Below, piece after piece: positions 47,681 to 59,969 of a stretch of 64,000 nucleotides of DNA. Under the pieces are notes generated by a model, which saw only the letters and a program-made list of their open reading frames with translations, was not told the origin of the DNA and did no database searches. Position numbers and translations under genes: made by a program. How positions within the stretch are numbered: position 1 is the stretch's first letter; each line of letters opens with the position of its first letter. The stretch spans positions 2,480,909 to 2,544,908 of the forward strand of contig MU057560.1 of the NCBI GenBank assembly GCA_013265495.1, read 5' to 3'. The DNA is from Vicugna vicugna. Taxonomy: Eukaryota.

Positions 47681-48539
47681 TGATTCCATGTCACGGTCAC
47701 CGAAATCTCTCCAGCTGAACACCACAGTCTTCGCTAGCTGATGACAGAACTGGGAGGAGGGGAGGTCATGCAGTTTCCCCAGGCCACCAGCAGCGGACCC
47801 TGCGTGTCCTCTTCTGCCCGACATCACATGAGAGGCCAGAGTCCTTGAGGAACCCCAAGTCCTGGGATGACGTGGCAGTCTCAGGGACTTACGCCAGGAA
47901 ACAAATGGCTGACAGAGGCAAGTGTGCCCCAAAGAGCAGGTAAAACAGGGGGGAAATGGAGCAAGTCTTTGGTAAGAACCCCTGTCAGACTCAACCTTGG
48001 AGAGACTGGGCTTTAAAGACAAGGTGGAACTTCCCTTCCGGCCTCTGATGGTGCGCACGCTCATTTCCACGCCTATTTAAAGCAGTTTGCCTCGCCAGGA
48101 GCGAGCCCTTCCGGTTCACAGCGCTTTGTCTTCCCTAGCTTTTGTGCTGAATATAATGCCTGTTGCATTTCTTTACTTAAAACTGGTTTTTGAGGCTAAT
48201 AACAGGATTGCTGAGCAGAATTACTAGTGAGCGTGGCTACCGTAGCTTCTGCAGATCGCTTGCACCGCCGCGCGCTGGAGCAGGGCTCAGCCAAGTCCTA
48301 ACGCTGTGACGTTCGGGAAAATGTTCAGGTCGCAGAAGTGCTCTTACAGTGACTGAGCTTTCAGGCTTTAGTTCTCCCTCCTCTACCCTGTAAGCTCCTT
48401 GAAGTCTGGGCCGTGTCTGCTGTTTTTTCTGTCCCCTATAGATTCTATCTTTGTGTTTAGATAATTCCTCACCAACGTTCCGATGGGTTTATGTCTGTTT
48501 CACCGGGCCAATGGTAAATAAAATAAAACCTATAAATCC

Positions 48540-48705
48540 CCAAGCTGGGCATCAGACTGATGTGGGTTCAACTTCTCCATCTGTTGATCTGTGTCTTTCA
48601 GTGGATCCTTAATCTCTTCAAGCCTCAGCTGCTTCAGCTAATACATGGGTGAAATCGTCTAATATTTGTGAGGGTGTGTTCACGCACCTAGCAAAATGCT
48701 TAGCA
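48540..48705 (+). mobile_element. MIR SINE
   Basis: catcagactgatgtgggttcaacttctccatctg...ccttaatctcttcaagcctcagctgcttcagctaatacatggg. Confidence 0.65.
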
Positions 48706-49187
48706 AAAAATAAGTTCTGTGCAAAGAGTAGACAAAGACGCAAATACTGCTAATAATAAGCATAACAGTATCAGACGTGGAGAAAAGTAACGTCAACAGA
48801 CCGCACTGGCATCGTGTGAAGGTGAGCAACAGCGCTCCCGAAGCAAAAGCAGCGAAGGCAAAGATGTGACCAAGGGAAGCAGGTGAACTGTGTGGCACTG
48901 ATACGTAGCATTTTAGCAGTGGTCAGGTTTTATGTGAGCAGTGATCGAGCCTTACTTATTCTCATGTCATACTCATCGTAAGCCGCTACCAGTGTTTTGT
49001 TGAATGAATGAGTGGTTTTAGCATATAACAGTGACCATATACTGCCTATCTTCATAGAAGGTTATTATCAAAAAAAATCCCTGGAATACTCATCATTCAT
49101 TTGAATGTGTGTGATGGATATTGACAACTTGTCTCACTAGTCACTCTCCAAAATTTAAAGAGTGTATATGCACAAACATATTCTTTT

Positions 49188-49880
49188 ATCCATCCACCCA
49201 TCCATCCATCCACCCATCCATCCATCATTCATCTATCCACCCATCCATCCATCTATCCATCATCCATCCATCCATCTTCCATCCACCCATCTATCCATCC
49301 ACCATCCACCCATCCATCCTTCCATCATCCATCCATCCATCCTTCATCTATCCACCCATCCATCCATCTATCCATCATCCATCCATCCATCTTCCATCCA
49401 CCCATCTATCCATCCACCATCCACCCATCCATCCTTCCATCATCCATCCATCCATCCTTCATCTATCCACCCATCCATCCATCTATCCATCATCCATCCA
49501 TCCATCTTCCATCCACCCATCTATCCATCCACCATCCACCCATCCATCCTTCCATCATCCATCCATCCATCCTTCATCTATCCACCCATCCATCCATCTA
49601 TCCATCATCCATCCATCGTCCACTCACCCATCCATCATCCATCAATCCACCCATCCGTTCATCCATCATCTGCCCATCCATTCATTCATCATTTATCCAC
49701 CCATCTACCCATCCATCATCCATCCACCCATCCACTCATCCATCCACCCATCCATCCATCTACCCATCTTTTCATCCATCCATCCATCTACCCATTTCAT
49801 TTATCCATCATTCATCCATCTACCCATCTTTCCACCCATCCTTCGCCCCATCCATCCATCCATCATTCATCCACCTACCC
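49188..49880. repeat. Degenerate (CCAT)n tetranucleotide tract containing a 115-bp higher-order repeat
   Basis: The marker ttcatctatccac recurs at 49228, 49343, 49458 and 49573 (period 115). Confidence 0.95.
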
Positions 49881-50000
49881 AATGTTTACTGGAAACCTGT
49901 ATATGCCAAGCTGTTCAGTAGATACTGGAGGATACAATGTAAAAAAGATAGAAATTATCTTGTGCCTCCAAAATTCACTTTGTAATTGATAGACAGACCA
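49860..50000 (-). mobile_element. L2 3' end
   Basis: aatgtttactggaaacctgtatatgccaagctgttcagtagatactggaggatacaatg is the L2 3' terminus read antisense, directly abutting the CCAT tract. Confidence 0.65.
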
Positions 50001-51199
50001 TGTCAAAAGACAACAATAACACATGTAGACTCTGTCTAGCAAGGAAGTATGTTTTCTGAAAATAGTAGTTGTAATAATCCACTCTAACATTGGCAATAAC
50101 TTTCCTTTCCTTCAAATTTCCAATAATATAACAATTTCTGGGTCTGTAGCTTTATTCAGCTAGCATTAATTTATATAATTGTTGGTCAATATGCCCAGGC
50201 TGAGCGATGCTTACAATGCTCTTCATATTATTAAAGCAGTTTTACCAATTCCTAATTGCACACCGATTGCTCTATCTTTCACTCTTAGATCATTCACTTG
50301 AAGGCATCTCGAGCCATAAAGCTTGAATTTTATCATCCAGGTTAATAATCTGTCTTCATTTCATGTTGGCACATTCAAAAAAAATTTGCACAGCTTTTTA
50401 ATTTTTTCCAGCTGTCATTAAAATTGGATTAAAATTGCTTGTCCTGACACAAGACAAATGGCAAATAGGGAACACAGAGGCTGCAGGACATGCTCACTTT
50501 ATGACGTCATTGAGAGTGTGGGGAGAATGTGTGCGTGCCCTGGAACGGCACATCCTTCAGCAGCACTTTGTAGTTTAATGAGTCAGTGCAGCACGGTGGC
50601 CGTAAGTGGAGCTCCGAGGGCCTGGTGAGGGGTGGTTGCTATGGCAGGGGACACACGAGGGGTGAGGGTCCATGCTGGAGGGGTACCAAACACAGCCCTT
50701 CTCTGGGGGCTTCCTGGAGGCAGTAAATGCTGTGCTGGGACCCAAAGGAAATGCAGAACCAGACAGAGGAGATGAACTTATGGAGGGTCATGTGTTGGTT
50801 TCCTGGGATGAGCAACCTTGGGATCAACAGCTGTAGGGAGAAGTCAGGCTGCCATGTTGCAAAAGAGCCCACATGCCAGCTCCTTGGGAAGCTCTGCAGG
50901 GGTGGCCCTTCCGAGTTTCCCACACGGAGGGGAGTGAGCTAGGCCTGCACAGCCCTGCAACGATCTGTGTCAGTGAGGATGTCCCCATGGAAAGGGGGTG
51001 CGTTTGGAGGAGGTGACTGTCTTCGCTCAACAGCAGTGCCTACGGAGGGACCCAGTGAGAACCGCCAGCAGAAGTGACGGGTACTTAGCCCTTCAGTGGC
51101 GGCTGGGGAGGAACCGGGCAGTTCTCAACATCCCTTTCAGCCAACAGGACCTTAAAAACAGGCAAGTGAAATGGTCCAGCCGTTCTCCCTGGACCCCAT

Positions 51200-52528
51200 T
51201 CCTACCTCTAGCTCCCTCTCTGTTCCCCTTTTCTCCAAAGAGGTCACAGCACATGCTGCTCCCACTTCTTCCTCAGATGAACCACTCTGGCTGCCGCCTC
51301 ATGACTCAGGAACTGCTGTTGCCAAAGTAAACAGTGACCTCCAGGTTGCTAAGTTCAGCGGGGAGCTTTCCATCCTTAGCAAGGTCGATCATGTCAGCTG
51401 GTCTTTTCCAGGCTCCAGACTCCTGCTCCACACACATAACAAACAGGGCTACGCCTCCCCCATCCCCGTGGGTGCCCAGCCTTCCCTTGGGGCCCGTAGA
51501 CGTTGGAGCTTCTCGGGTTCAGATCTGCACCCTCCCCTGGCCGCACTCCCGGCTGCCTCCCTAGACCGTCTCTCCACAGCGCACTGAAGTCACTCCCACG
51601 CAGCATTTCCGCCCTAACTCGGCTCTGCAGCTCAGACTTGTCCCGAAGCCTGAATTTCAGCCCCCTCGACATCTTCAGTCTGTCCCAGCGCGCGGCCAGC
51701 TCTTCACCCAAACCTCTTCCAGACTCTTTGCTCACCGCAGGCATCACTCGCCAACCAATTGTATGAGCCAGAAACCTGAGAATCATTCGACACCTTCCTT
51801 CTTCTGACTTCTCAGATTCAATCTATCACCATGTATCACCCCATATGTCTCCCAAACTCCCACCCACCTCTCCACTTTCCTCACAACGACTACTCCCTCG
51901 AAGCCGCTGCGCTGCTGGCCGGGGCCGTGGCCTTGACGTGATGGTTCACCTGCGTCTCCTCTGACCTCGACCTCATCCACCACATACGCAGTCGGAGCGA
52001 CTTACCATTTGGCATCTCAGACTTATAATGTCACCCCACCGTGTAAAGCCTTGCAGTGGGGTCCTACTGCTTTTCATGAAAAGGAAGAAAAACACCCTCA
52101 CTGTGCCCCTCAGTGCCCGGCCCGGCCTGGCCCCCACCCGCTTCCACAGGCCGCCTCCCGAGGCGCCAGCCCTGCCCTTGCACCCACTCTCCTCTCCGGG
52201 GAACGTTGTCCTCTCCGCTCGGTGTCCACTTCTCCCCCTCGTCCTTCCTCAAGGTCGCTTCCTCAAGCTAGTATTGGGTAATAAACACTATACTAAACTA
52301 ATGGACTAAAAGTCGTACTCAGAGCTTCCCTCTCCCCCGTGAACTGGCCGCACCTCCGTGGTACCTGCCCTCCTGTGTCTGAATCTCTCCTTCCTAGTGC
52401 GTATTGGAGATGGAATTTTCCATCGGTTCAGGAACTGTCTGACGTTCTCATTCTACTGTAAGACCCGCACATGTAAAGATGGCTCAGACATGGTGCTTAA
52501 TAAGTGTTTTTGGAAGGATGGATGGGTG
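51200..52528 (+). mobile_element. L2 LINE 3' portion (RT relic to 3' end)
   Basis: Translation PPHDSGTAVAKVNSDLQVAKFSGELSIL resembles L2 RT (PHHSTETALxKVTNDLxxAKSxGxFSxL); gccagaaacctgagaatcatt; terminus ggtgcttaataagtgtttttggaaggatggatg. Confidence 0.75.
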
Positions 52529-52782
52529 CTAGGTTAACACGTGAATGAATTCACTGTGATGTGGACTAGAGAACAAAGAACAAATGCGAACTTCAGAAGA
52601 AAGAGGTTCACTTAGTGTTGGGGGTTGAGTTGAAGACACCCGGGTGACATCCACAGGCCGTGTCCAGTGTGTGCTTGACACAGCGATGGAAGCCACAGAG
52701 GACGGGACCACCCAGGGCTACAGCCCAGCACGGGGCCCTGGGAGTCAGCAGCCAGGGGCAGAGGCTCATGAGGAAGATTGGG

Positions 52783-53168
52783 TGTTGTGGGCTGAACTCT
52801 GTCTCCCCTGATTCCTGTGTCAAAGCCCCAAGCCCCAGCAGGTCAGAATGTGAACGTGTCAGGAGACAGGTCTTTGAGGAGGTGATCAGTCAGCATGAAG
52901 CTGTCGCGGCAGGGGTCCTAATCTAACACTATTGGTGTCCTGCGAGAAGAGGAAGCGTGGACGCAGAGAGAGAGCAGGGCTCAGAGACGACCATATGGGG
53001 ACACGGAGGGGCGCCGGCCGTCTGCCAGCAGAGGAGAGAGGCTTCAGGCGACGCCAGCCTTGCCCACACCTGGATCTCGGACGTCCAGCCTCCGCGACAG
53101 AACACGTCTGTTACGGAAGCCGCCCAGGCTGGGGTATTTTGTTCCTGTAGTCACAGCTGACTGACACA
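52783..53168 (+). mobile_element. Full-length MaLR solo LTR (MLT1B-like), GC-shifted
   Basis: tgttgtgggctgaactctgtctcccc...cagaatgtga...ggtctttgaggaggtgat...cacacctggatctcggacgtccagcctcc...ggtattttgtt...agctgactgacaca. Confidence 0.85.
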
Positions 53169-53799
53169 TACACTGGCCAAGGTGAAAACCTGGGCGTTTG
53201 GTATCAAGGAACTTGGGGCAGAGATTTTTAATAAACGAGATTGATGTTCTCACATTGCTACAAGAGTCAGTAAAATAAGAGCTGAAAACCTTCCGTTCGG
53301 TTTAACAATAAGGGGGCGTTGTTCTTGTGAGCGAGTTCCCAGAGGGCGAGTTATGAAGAGTGAATGGGACGTGGGACCGACAGAGACCCTGGGGGGGCAC
53401 CTTTCTGGACAAGAGAATAAGACAGGACAGCGGCGGGGACTGACGTGGGGCTGGGGGACCGCGTGGCTGTGGGGTGACGTGAGCTGTTAGAGGACCGGGG
53501 AGGCGGCGCGTGGGCCAGGGGCTCCGGCGGGGCAGGGGCCTCGGCGCCGGCCCAGGTGGAGAGGCCGCAGAACTCGGGAGGGAGGCAGCCAGAAGGGAGC
53601 AGGGAGCTGGGGCTGGGCCTCCGTCCGGTGGTTAGATGGCGAAGGAGGTCTCGGCTGAGAGATTCCGTATCCTCTGCGAAGCTCCAAGGATTCCATTTGT
53701 TCACTCTGGGCAGCTCCCAAGGACACAGCTAAGACCGGGCAACATTCAACAATGAGGATTTCGGTTCAATAACAAGGACATCGCAAGAATAATGATTGC

Positions 53800-54010
53800 T
53801 CCCACCACTGATGATAATCTCCAGTTCCCACTGGGTTCTCATCACGCACCCAGTCATGGAATGAGAACTTCAAATGGATTATCCCATTTAACTCGGTACC
53901 CAGCGAAGTCAGTGTTGTTACTATTTTTATTTTGCAGATAAATAATTAAATAAAGATTCAGAAAGAGGAAGTAAGTTCCTCAAGGTCACACGGTTCGAAT
54001 ATGATCTCAG
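53800..54010 (-). mobile_element. MIR SINE
   Basis: tggattatcccatttaactc...tattttgcagataaa...gattcagaaagaggaagtaagttcctcaaggtcacac. Confidence 0.7.
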
Positions 54011-56578
54011 CGTAGGAAGGACTGACTTGACTGATGGTGAGTCCCCATCTCGGACGGTGTTTTTGCCTAAAATATGTGATGCCTGCACAGATCAAAAGCA
54101 GATGTTTCTTTTAAAAGGAGTAGGTAAATGGAACACTGGTCATTTGACCCTCCAAATACTCAAAATATCACTTGTTAGGTATGTCATAAAGAATAATTTC
54201 AGCAGTCGAAGTGAGGTTCGGATAACTTGGCGGTTCTAGAACTGTGCTTGGGACCCTGGGGGTCCATGAAGACACCACGGGGTCCTGCAGGAGGCCCTGG
54301 GCCCCCTTCCTGTGCACCTCGCTCCCTGCAGCTGGAACATCTGCCCTCCGTCTGCTCCAGGGCACACTGGGGCGCATGCAAAATTCCATAGAAAAAATCC
54401 TGTGGCCAAGAAATGGATGAAAGCCATTGGAATAAAAAGCCAGCCACTTCAGTTCTAGCCTGGTTCTGCGGGAAGAATTTTCCGGCAGAAAGTGTCCGAG
54501 GGCGCAGTGCCCCGGCCTGGCTCCTAGCAGGACTGCCTTCTCCTCGGGAAGATCTTTCAGTGGCTCTCAGCCTGGGTGCCCGTCACCACCCTGGGGCACG
54601 TGCCAGCCCAGGAGTTGCTGCCTCAGTGTGTGCGTTTCTCACAAGTGATGGGGATGAAGGTCTGAGCCAGGGAAGCAACAACCGGAAGCAGTCCCCGGGG
54701 CGGCGCTGACGCTGCAGGGGCGCCAGCCGCCTGGAGCAGCCCCGACCCAGCGGCCCCAGGCTGGGGCGGGGTGGGGCCTGCTGCGCCAGCCGCTTTCTCC
54801 CTCCCCATCCTCTGCGAGAACAGAGCTGGCAGACATGCTCTGTGCTCACACAGGAAGAGCCTGAGTCAGCTGTTCCTGCGGATTCTAGCAGGGTCCCCGG
54901 GGAGAGGAGGGCAGCGTGGGCTGGCGGACGGGCTGTTTACCACCAGTCTCTGCTGGGACACCAGGCCGGCACCCTCCAGAGCTGGAATCCCAGGGTGAGA
55001 GCCGCAGGGAGCAGGCGGGCAGGGAGCAGGGGGTCACGCTGCCCTGGTTCCCATGGCGACTCACAGGCTCAGCAGCCCTGGGCTCTCTCTCCCCGCTTCC
55101 CTGTGACCTCCATCCATAGAACAAAAGATGGATGAACCGCAGCCGTTTAACAGCCCTGCTGGGGGCAGCCTCAGCTCTTCAGGCAAGCAGGTCCTGGAGC
55201 CCTAGGCAACTGCCTCCCCTCCCCTGCCCTCCCCCGTCCCTCCCAGCCCCGCCTTCCTCCCTCCTGTTCCCGCCTCCCACCCTGCAACAAGCCCCTGCTG
55301 AGGGGCTGCTGGTTTTGGGAAAGACCCTTTTTCTTCATCTCTGTGTGCAGCTCACTTTCTCTCCCTTTCGAGGAAGGAGAGGGGGCGGATACCACAGCCG
55401 GGAAGGACTGACACAGACCTACCCTCCCAACAGGGGCGGGGCGGCCCGGGGCGGCTGCAGCCCAGGGTTCAGGCCCACTCGGCCAGAGGTCCCAGGGCAG
55501 AACCTCCTTCCTCCACAGGTGACTGGCGCCATCAGGCCCCGATCAGGGCCCGCGGGGACTAAACGCAGCCCCCACAGAGGCCCTCCTGGGAAGGGGGCGC
55601 GGGGAGCAGCCGCCCTGTTTCTGTTTCCTAAGCCTCTGGGGCTGTCACCCGGGAACCTCTCTCCTCCCGAGAGCCGTCTGGCTGGGGGAGGGGCCCGTCT
55701 GCAGCTGTTTGTTGCTCTCTGGGTCTCTGCCTTTGCGGCCTTCACCTGCCCCGCTGAGCAGCGGGGCGCCCGCGGCCCCATGGGCACCTGACGGAGTGTC
55801 CCCTGGGACCATCTTCAGAACCTCTTTCCCCAGAATGATCGAGAGCCTCCTGAGGGGTTTTCTCAGGCTGCGAGCCGCAATAAAATAAACCATCACTGCA
55901 AAGGCAGGCTCCCTTCTGAAAGGGTGAGGGCGCACTCCGCACGGCCGGCCGCCGACCGCCTCGCCGGACCCTGGCGGCCGCTGACGCTAGGGAAGGGCTC
56001 GTCCTGGGCTCACGTGTCACACGTGTGACCTTGCTGCCTGAGCTCTCGGACTCCCTCCAGCTCCCGTGGAGGACGGCTGGCGGCAAGGGCTCATGTGCCA
56101 GGGCTGTCCATCCCAGGCCCCCAGTGAGATGTCTGTTTCCTGATCTCTCATTGCCTTGATCTGGCTCAGGACTGAGACAGCTCTGGAGGCAAAGGGCACC
56201 TGAGACCCCTCCCAGGCTGCCTGTAACCATTGCACCGCGAAGCTGTGGGCGTCCTCTCTAGGGGCAGTGTGGGGTGGGCCCGGAGCACCCGGCCAAGTTC
56301 CCAGGACACACAGGTGGACACGCTCCACCTGTAACCAGATGCTGTGGCCACAGCGGGCTGGGGGTGATGAGGGAGCCTGGGTGTGAGCATCCACGACCCC
56401 GTGAGGCCGCCTGGTCCTGGTCCCAAGCAGGGCCGTCCCCTGACCCGCTGGGCCCCGCAGGTGTTGGCCTGGGCCTGGAGGCCAGATGCTGGGGATGGAG
56501 AAGCAGGTTGGGGGGCCTGTCCCTGGGCCTCCAACCCTCGGGCCCCTTGAATCTGTGCCCAGAGCTGATTCTCTATAG

Positions 56579-58075
56579 CCGTGATTGCTGGCTGACTGTG
56601 TGATGCTGGCTGACTGTGTGATGCTGGCTGACTGTGTGATGCTGACTAGCTGTAATTGCTGGCTGTGTGATCACTGGCTGACTGTGTGATCTCTGGCTGA
56701 CTGTGTGATCTCTGGCTGACTGTGTGATTGCTGGCTGACTGAGTGATCTTGGCTGACTGTGTGATCGCTGGCTGACTGTGTGATCACTGGCTGACTGTGT
56801 GATGCTGACTAACTGTGTGATTGCTGGCTGTGTGATCACTGGCTGACTGTGTGATCTCTGGCTGCCTGTGTGATGCTGGCTGACTGAGTGATCACTGGCT
56901 GACTGAGTGATCACTGGCTGACTGAGTGATCACTGGCTGACTGAGTGATCACTGGCTGACTGAGTGATCACTGGCTGACTGAGTGATCACTGGCTGACTG
57001 AGTGATCACTGGCTGACTGAGTGATCACTGGCTGACTGAGTGATCACTGGCTGACTGAGTGATCACTGGCTGACTGAGTGATCACTGGCTGACTGAGTGA
57101 TCACTGGCTGACTGAGTGATCACTGGCTGACTGAGTGATCACTGGCTGACTGAGTGATCACTGGCTGACTGAGTGATCACTGGCTGACTGAGTGATCACT
57201 GGCTGACTGAGTGATCACTGGCTGACTGAGTGATCACTGGCTGACTGAGTGATCACTGGCTGACTGAGTGATCACTGGCTGACTGAGTGATCACTGGCTG
57301 ACTGAGTGATCACTGGCTGACTGAGTGATCACTGGCTGACTGAGTGATCACTGGCTGACTGAGTGATCACTGGCTGACTGAGTGATCACTGGCTGACTGA
57401 GTGATCACTGGCTGACTGAGTGATCACTGGCTGACTGAGTGATCACTGGCTGACTGAGTGATCACTGGCTGACTGAGTGATCACTGGCTGACTGAGTGAT
57501 CACTGGCTGACTGAGTGATCACTGGCTGACTGAGTGATCACTGGCTGACTGAGTGATCACTGGCTGACTGAGTGATCACTGGCTGACTGAGTGATCACTG
57601 GCTGACTGAGTGATCACTGGCTGACTGAGTGATCACTGGCTGACTGAGTGATCACTGGCTGACTGAGTGATCACTGGCTGACTGAGTGATCACTGGCTGA
57701 CTGAGTGATCACTGGCTGACTGAGTGATCACTGGCTGACTGAGTGATCACTGGCTGACTGAGTGATCACTGGCTGACTGAGTGATCACTGGCTGACTGAG
57801 TGATCACTGGCTGACTGAGTGATCACTGGCTGACTGAGTGATCACTGGCTGACTGAGTGATCACTGGCTGACTGAGTGATCACTGGCTGACTGAGTGATC
57901 ACTGGCTGACTGAGTGATCACTGGCTGACTGAGTGATCACTGGCTGACTGAGTGATCACTGGCTGACTGAGTGATCACTGGCTGACTGAGTGATCACTGG
58001 CTGACTGTGTGATCTCTGGCTGACTGTGTGATCGCTGGCTGACTGTGTGATGCTGGCTGACTGTGTGACTGACTG
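56579..58075. repeat. 19-bp minisatellite (VNTR), unit TGACTGAGTGATCACTGGC
   Basis: Uninterrupted identical units from 56881 to 58001 (1121 bp = 59 copies), flanked on both sides by degenerate variants such as tgactgtgtgatctctggc and tgactgtgtgatgctggc. Confidence 0.98.
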
Positions 58076-58864
58076 CGTAGCTCGAGATCAGCTCCCTGTT
58101 GGTTTTCTAACTGCAGGGCCATGTCACGCTTTATTTCATGGGGTCGGCCATTTGCTGGGTTGGAAGCACTGAGAATGGGAGAAAGGTGATTCTGGTGCAG
58201 ACCCAGGTGGGCAGCTGGCCTCCCCACCACGGCACAGCTCAGGCCACTCTCAGCCAGCATTTCTCTGTTCTGCCCTGGGACGCCATGGTCCTCAGAGCTG
58301 AAGGTTCTCAGCAACACTGATGACCTTAAAGATCCTCTCCGGCAGACACAGATGTCGGCAAGGAGAGACTTACGCAGTCAGAGTATTTATTCACTTAAAA
58401 TCACGTATTCACAAAGCGAAGGTGGAGAAAGATAAATTAAGATGCGATCCCCGTGTTTTTCTTGTACTTTGAATTAAGTTCCGTTTCCTCTCCTACAGAA
58501 CGCAGACTAGACCCTGCTCCTCGCCCCCCTGAGTCACTAATCACTAGATGTTGGCTTCCTCTGAAGGCAAATGTGCTTCTTCCCATGTTAGCAGCACATC
58601 CAAAATTTAATCTAGATTTGACCAAAGCTGTTTCTTTCAAGTGCGTTTCCAGTTCACCTGTAGAACTCAGAGTGTGTCCGTAGGGGCCCCACCTGGCACA
58701 AAGCAAAAGGACAGTGGTACCAGAGCCGCCCCACAACCCAGCTGCCCTGAGGCCCCACTGAGCCCGGACCGAGCCCATGCGGCTCCCGGGGGCCCACGTC
58801 GCCAGGCTCCACGCGGACGCCCCGAGGCGGCCCCAGGACAGGACTTGGCTTTTCCAGGTGAGCG

Positions 58865-59025
58865 AGTGCACACGCACCGGTGAGTGCCTGTGCGTGCACG
58901 AGTGTGCGCGCATGTGCGCGTGCATGTGCGTGCCTGTGTGAATGTGCCCATGTGCATGGAGGTGTAGGCATGTGTGCATGTGTGTGCACATGTGTACACC
59001 CATGTGTGTACCTGTGCATGTGCGT
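58865..59025. repeat. Alternating purine-pyrimidine (TG/CA/CG) low-complexity tract
   Basis: gtgtgcgcgcatgtgcgcgtgcatgtgcgtgc... with few interruptions. Confidence 0.8.
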
Positions 59026-59097
59026 CTCCTTGTCACCTGATCACCCCGTGTGGCTTTCGCCTCCCTGCCTGACCTCTGCATCTGTCATTAAACTCTG

Positions 59098-59156
59098 GGT
59101 GTGCTGTACACCAGAAACTGACACATGGTAACTGGTTATACTGCAGTTAAGAAAAC
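59098..59156 (+). mobile_element. Very short, 5'-truncated camelid-type L1 3' terminus
   Basis: tgctgtacaccagaaactgacacatggtaactggttatactgcagttaagaaaa. Confidence 0.65.
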
Positions 59157-59689
59157 TTTATATCTGCATCCCTCACTCAAACGTCACTCCCTCTGCTGTC
59201 ACCGGCCAGCGTTCTGTCTGATGCCAGTGCGCTCCCCTCGGCCCCTCTGGTGCCCTGCCGGTCCCTCACACACAAGCACTCTCGACAGCTGGGGCAGCTG
59301 TCTGTGTATCTGGCCCCGAGACTCGGGAGTGAGTTTCGAAGGCAAGGGCCAGGTCTGAGTCATTGCTGCCTCTGCAGCAGTTACTGCAATATCTGGGGCA
59401 TAGTGGCCTCTCAGATACTGAATAAAATAATGAATAAATGAAGTTAATAAAATTACCATATAAATAATAGATGGGGAAAAGAGCATTACTGGTAAACCAT
59501 TAACTCGAGTGCAGGTACATAATTAACTCAGAAAATAATTGCTCTCTGTTAGCACAAGGCATCACGTAAGTCGGGGGAGCTGTGAGATCGGGGCACTTCA
59601 CAATTCTTATCATGCATGTGCCACAGAAAACGTGTGCCAGACTTGGCCCAGAACCATTTGTGAAGCATCTTTCGATGTCACTGACAGAG

Positions 59690-59822
59690 GGAAAAACAAT
59701 ACATCTTAAGTGCGCGGCTTGATGGGTTTTGATAGGTGTGTACACCCAGGTAACCATCACCAGATGAGAATGACCCACCCGCCACTCACACAGCAGAAGA
59801 ACCTGTCTTGTACTTCTTCTGA
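59690..59822 (-). mobile_element. Ancient L1 (L1MB/MC) 3' end
   Basis: atcttaagtgcgcggcttgatgggttttgataggtgtgtacacccaggtaaccatcaccagat. Confidence 0.65.
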
Positions 59823-59969
59823 AGACATAACACATCAGAATAACACCTCTCGAGTCACGGGCTGTGGCTGTGAGAGAAGCTCCAGCAAGGCTGGGGCTGG
59901 AGTGCGGTAAGACCCTTCGGCCCCCCACGCCCCCGCTCTCCTGGTGCCCTGCGGACCAGGCTAGCATCC

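Noticed and set aside
49121..49989. 266-aa and 275-aa His/Pro/Ser/Ile-rich ORFs
   Set aside because: They are translations of the (CCAT)n tract, which lacks stop codons on the plus strand; both begin at non-ATG codons.
56573..56914. 113-aa repetitive ORF (SQHHT/ITQ repeats)
   Set aside because: It is a translation of the degenerate minisatellite flank.
56881..58001. Palindromic direct-repeat array as a CRISPR locus
   Set aside because: Units are head-to-tail with no unique spacers, there are no cas genes, and the context is mammalian; it is a minisatellite.
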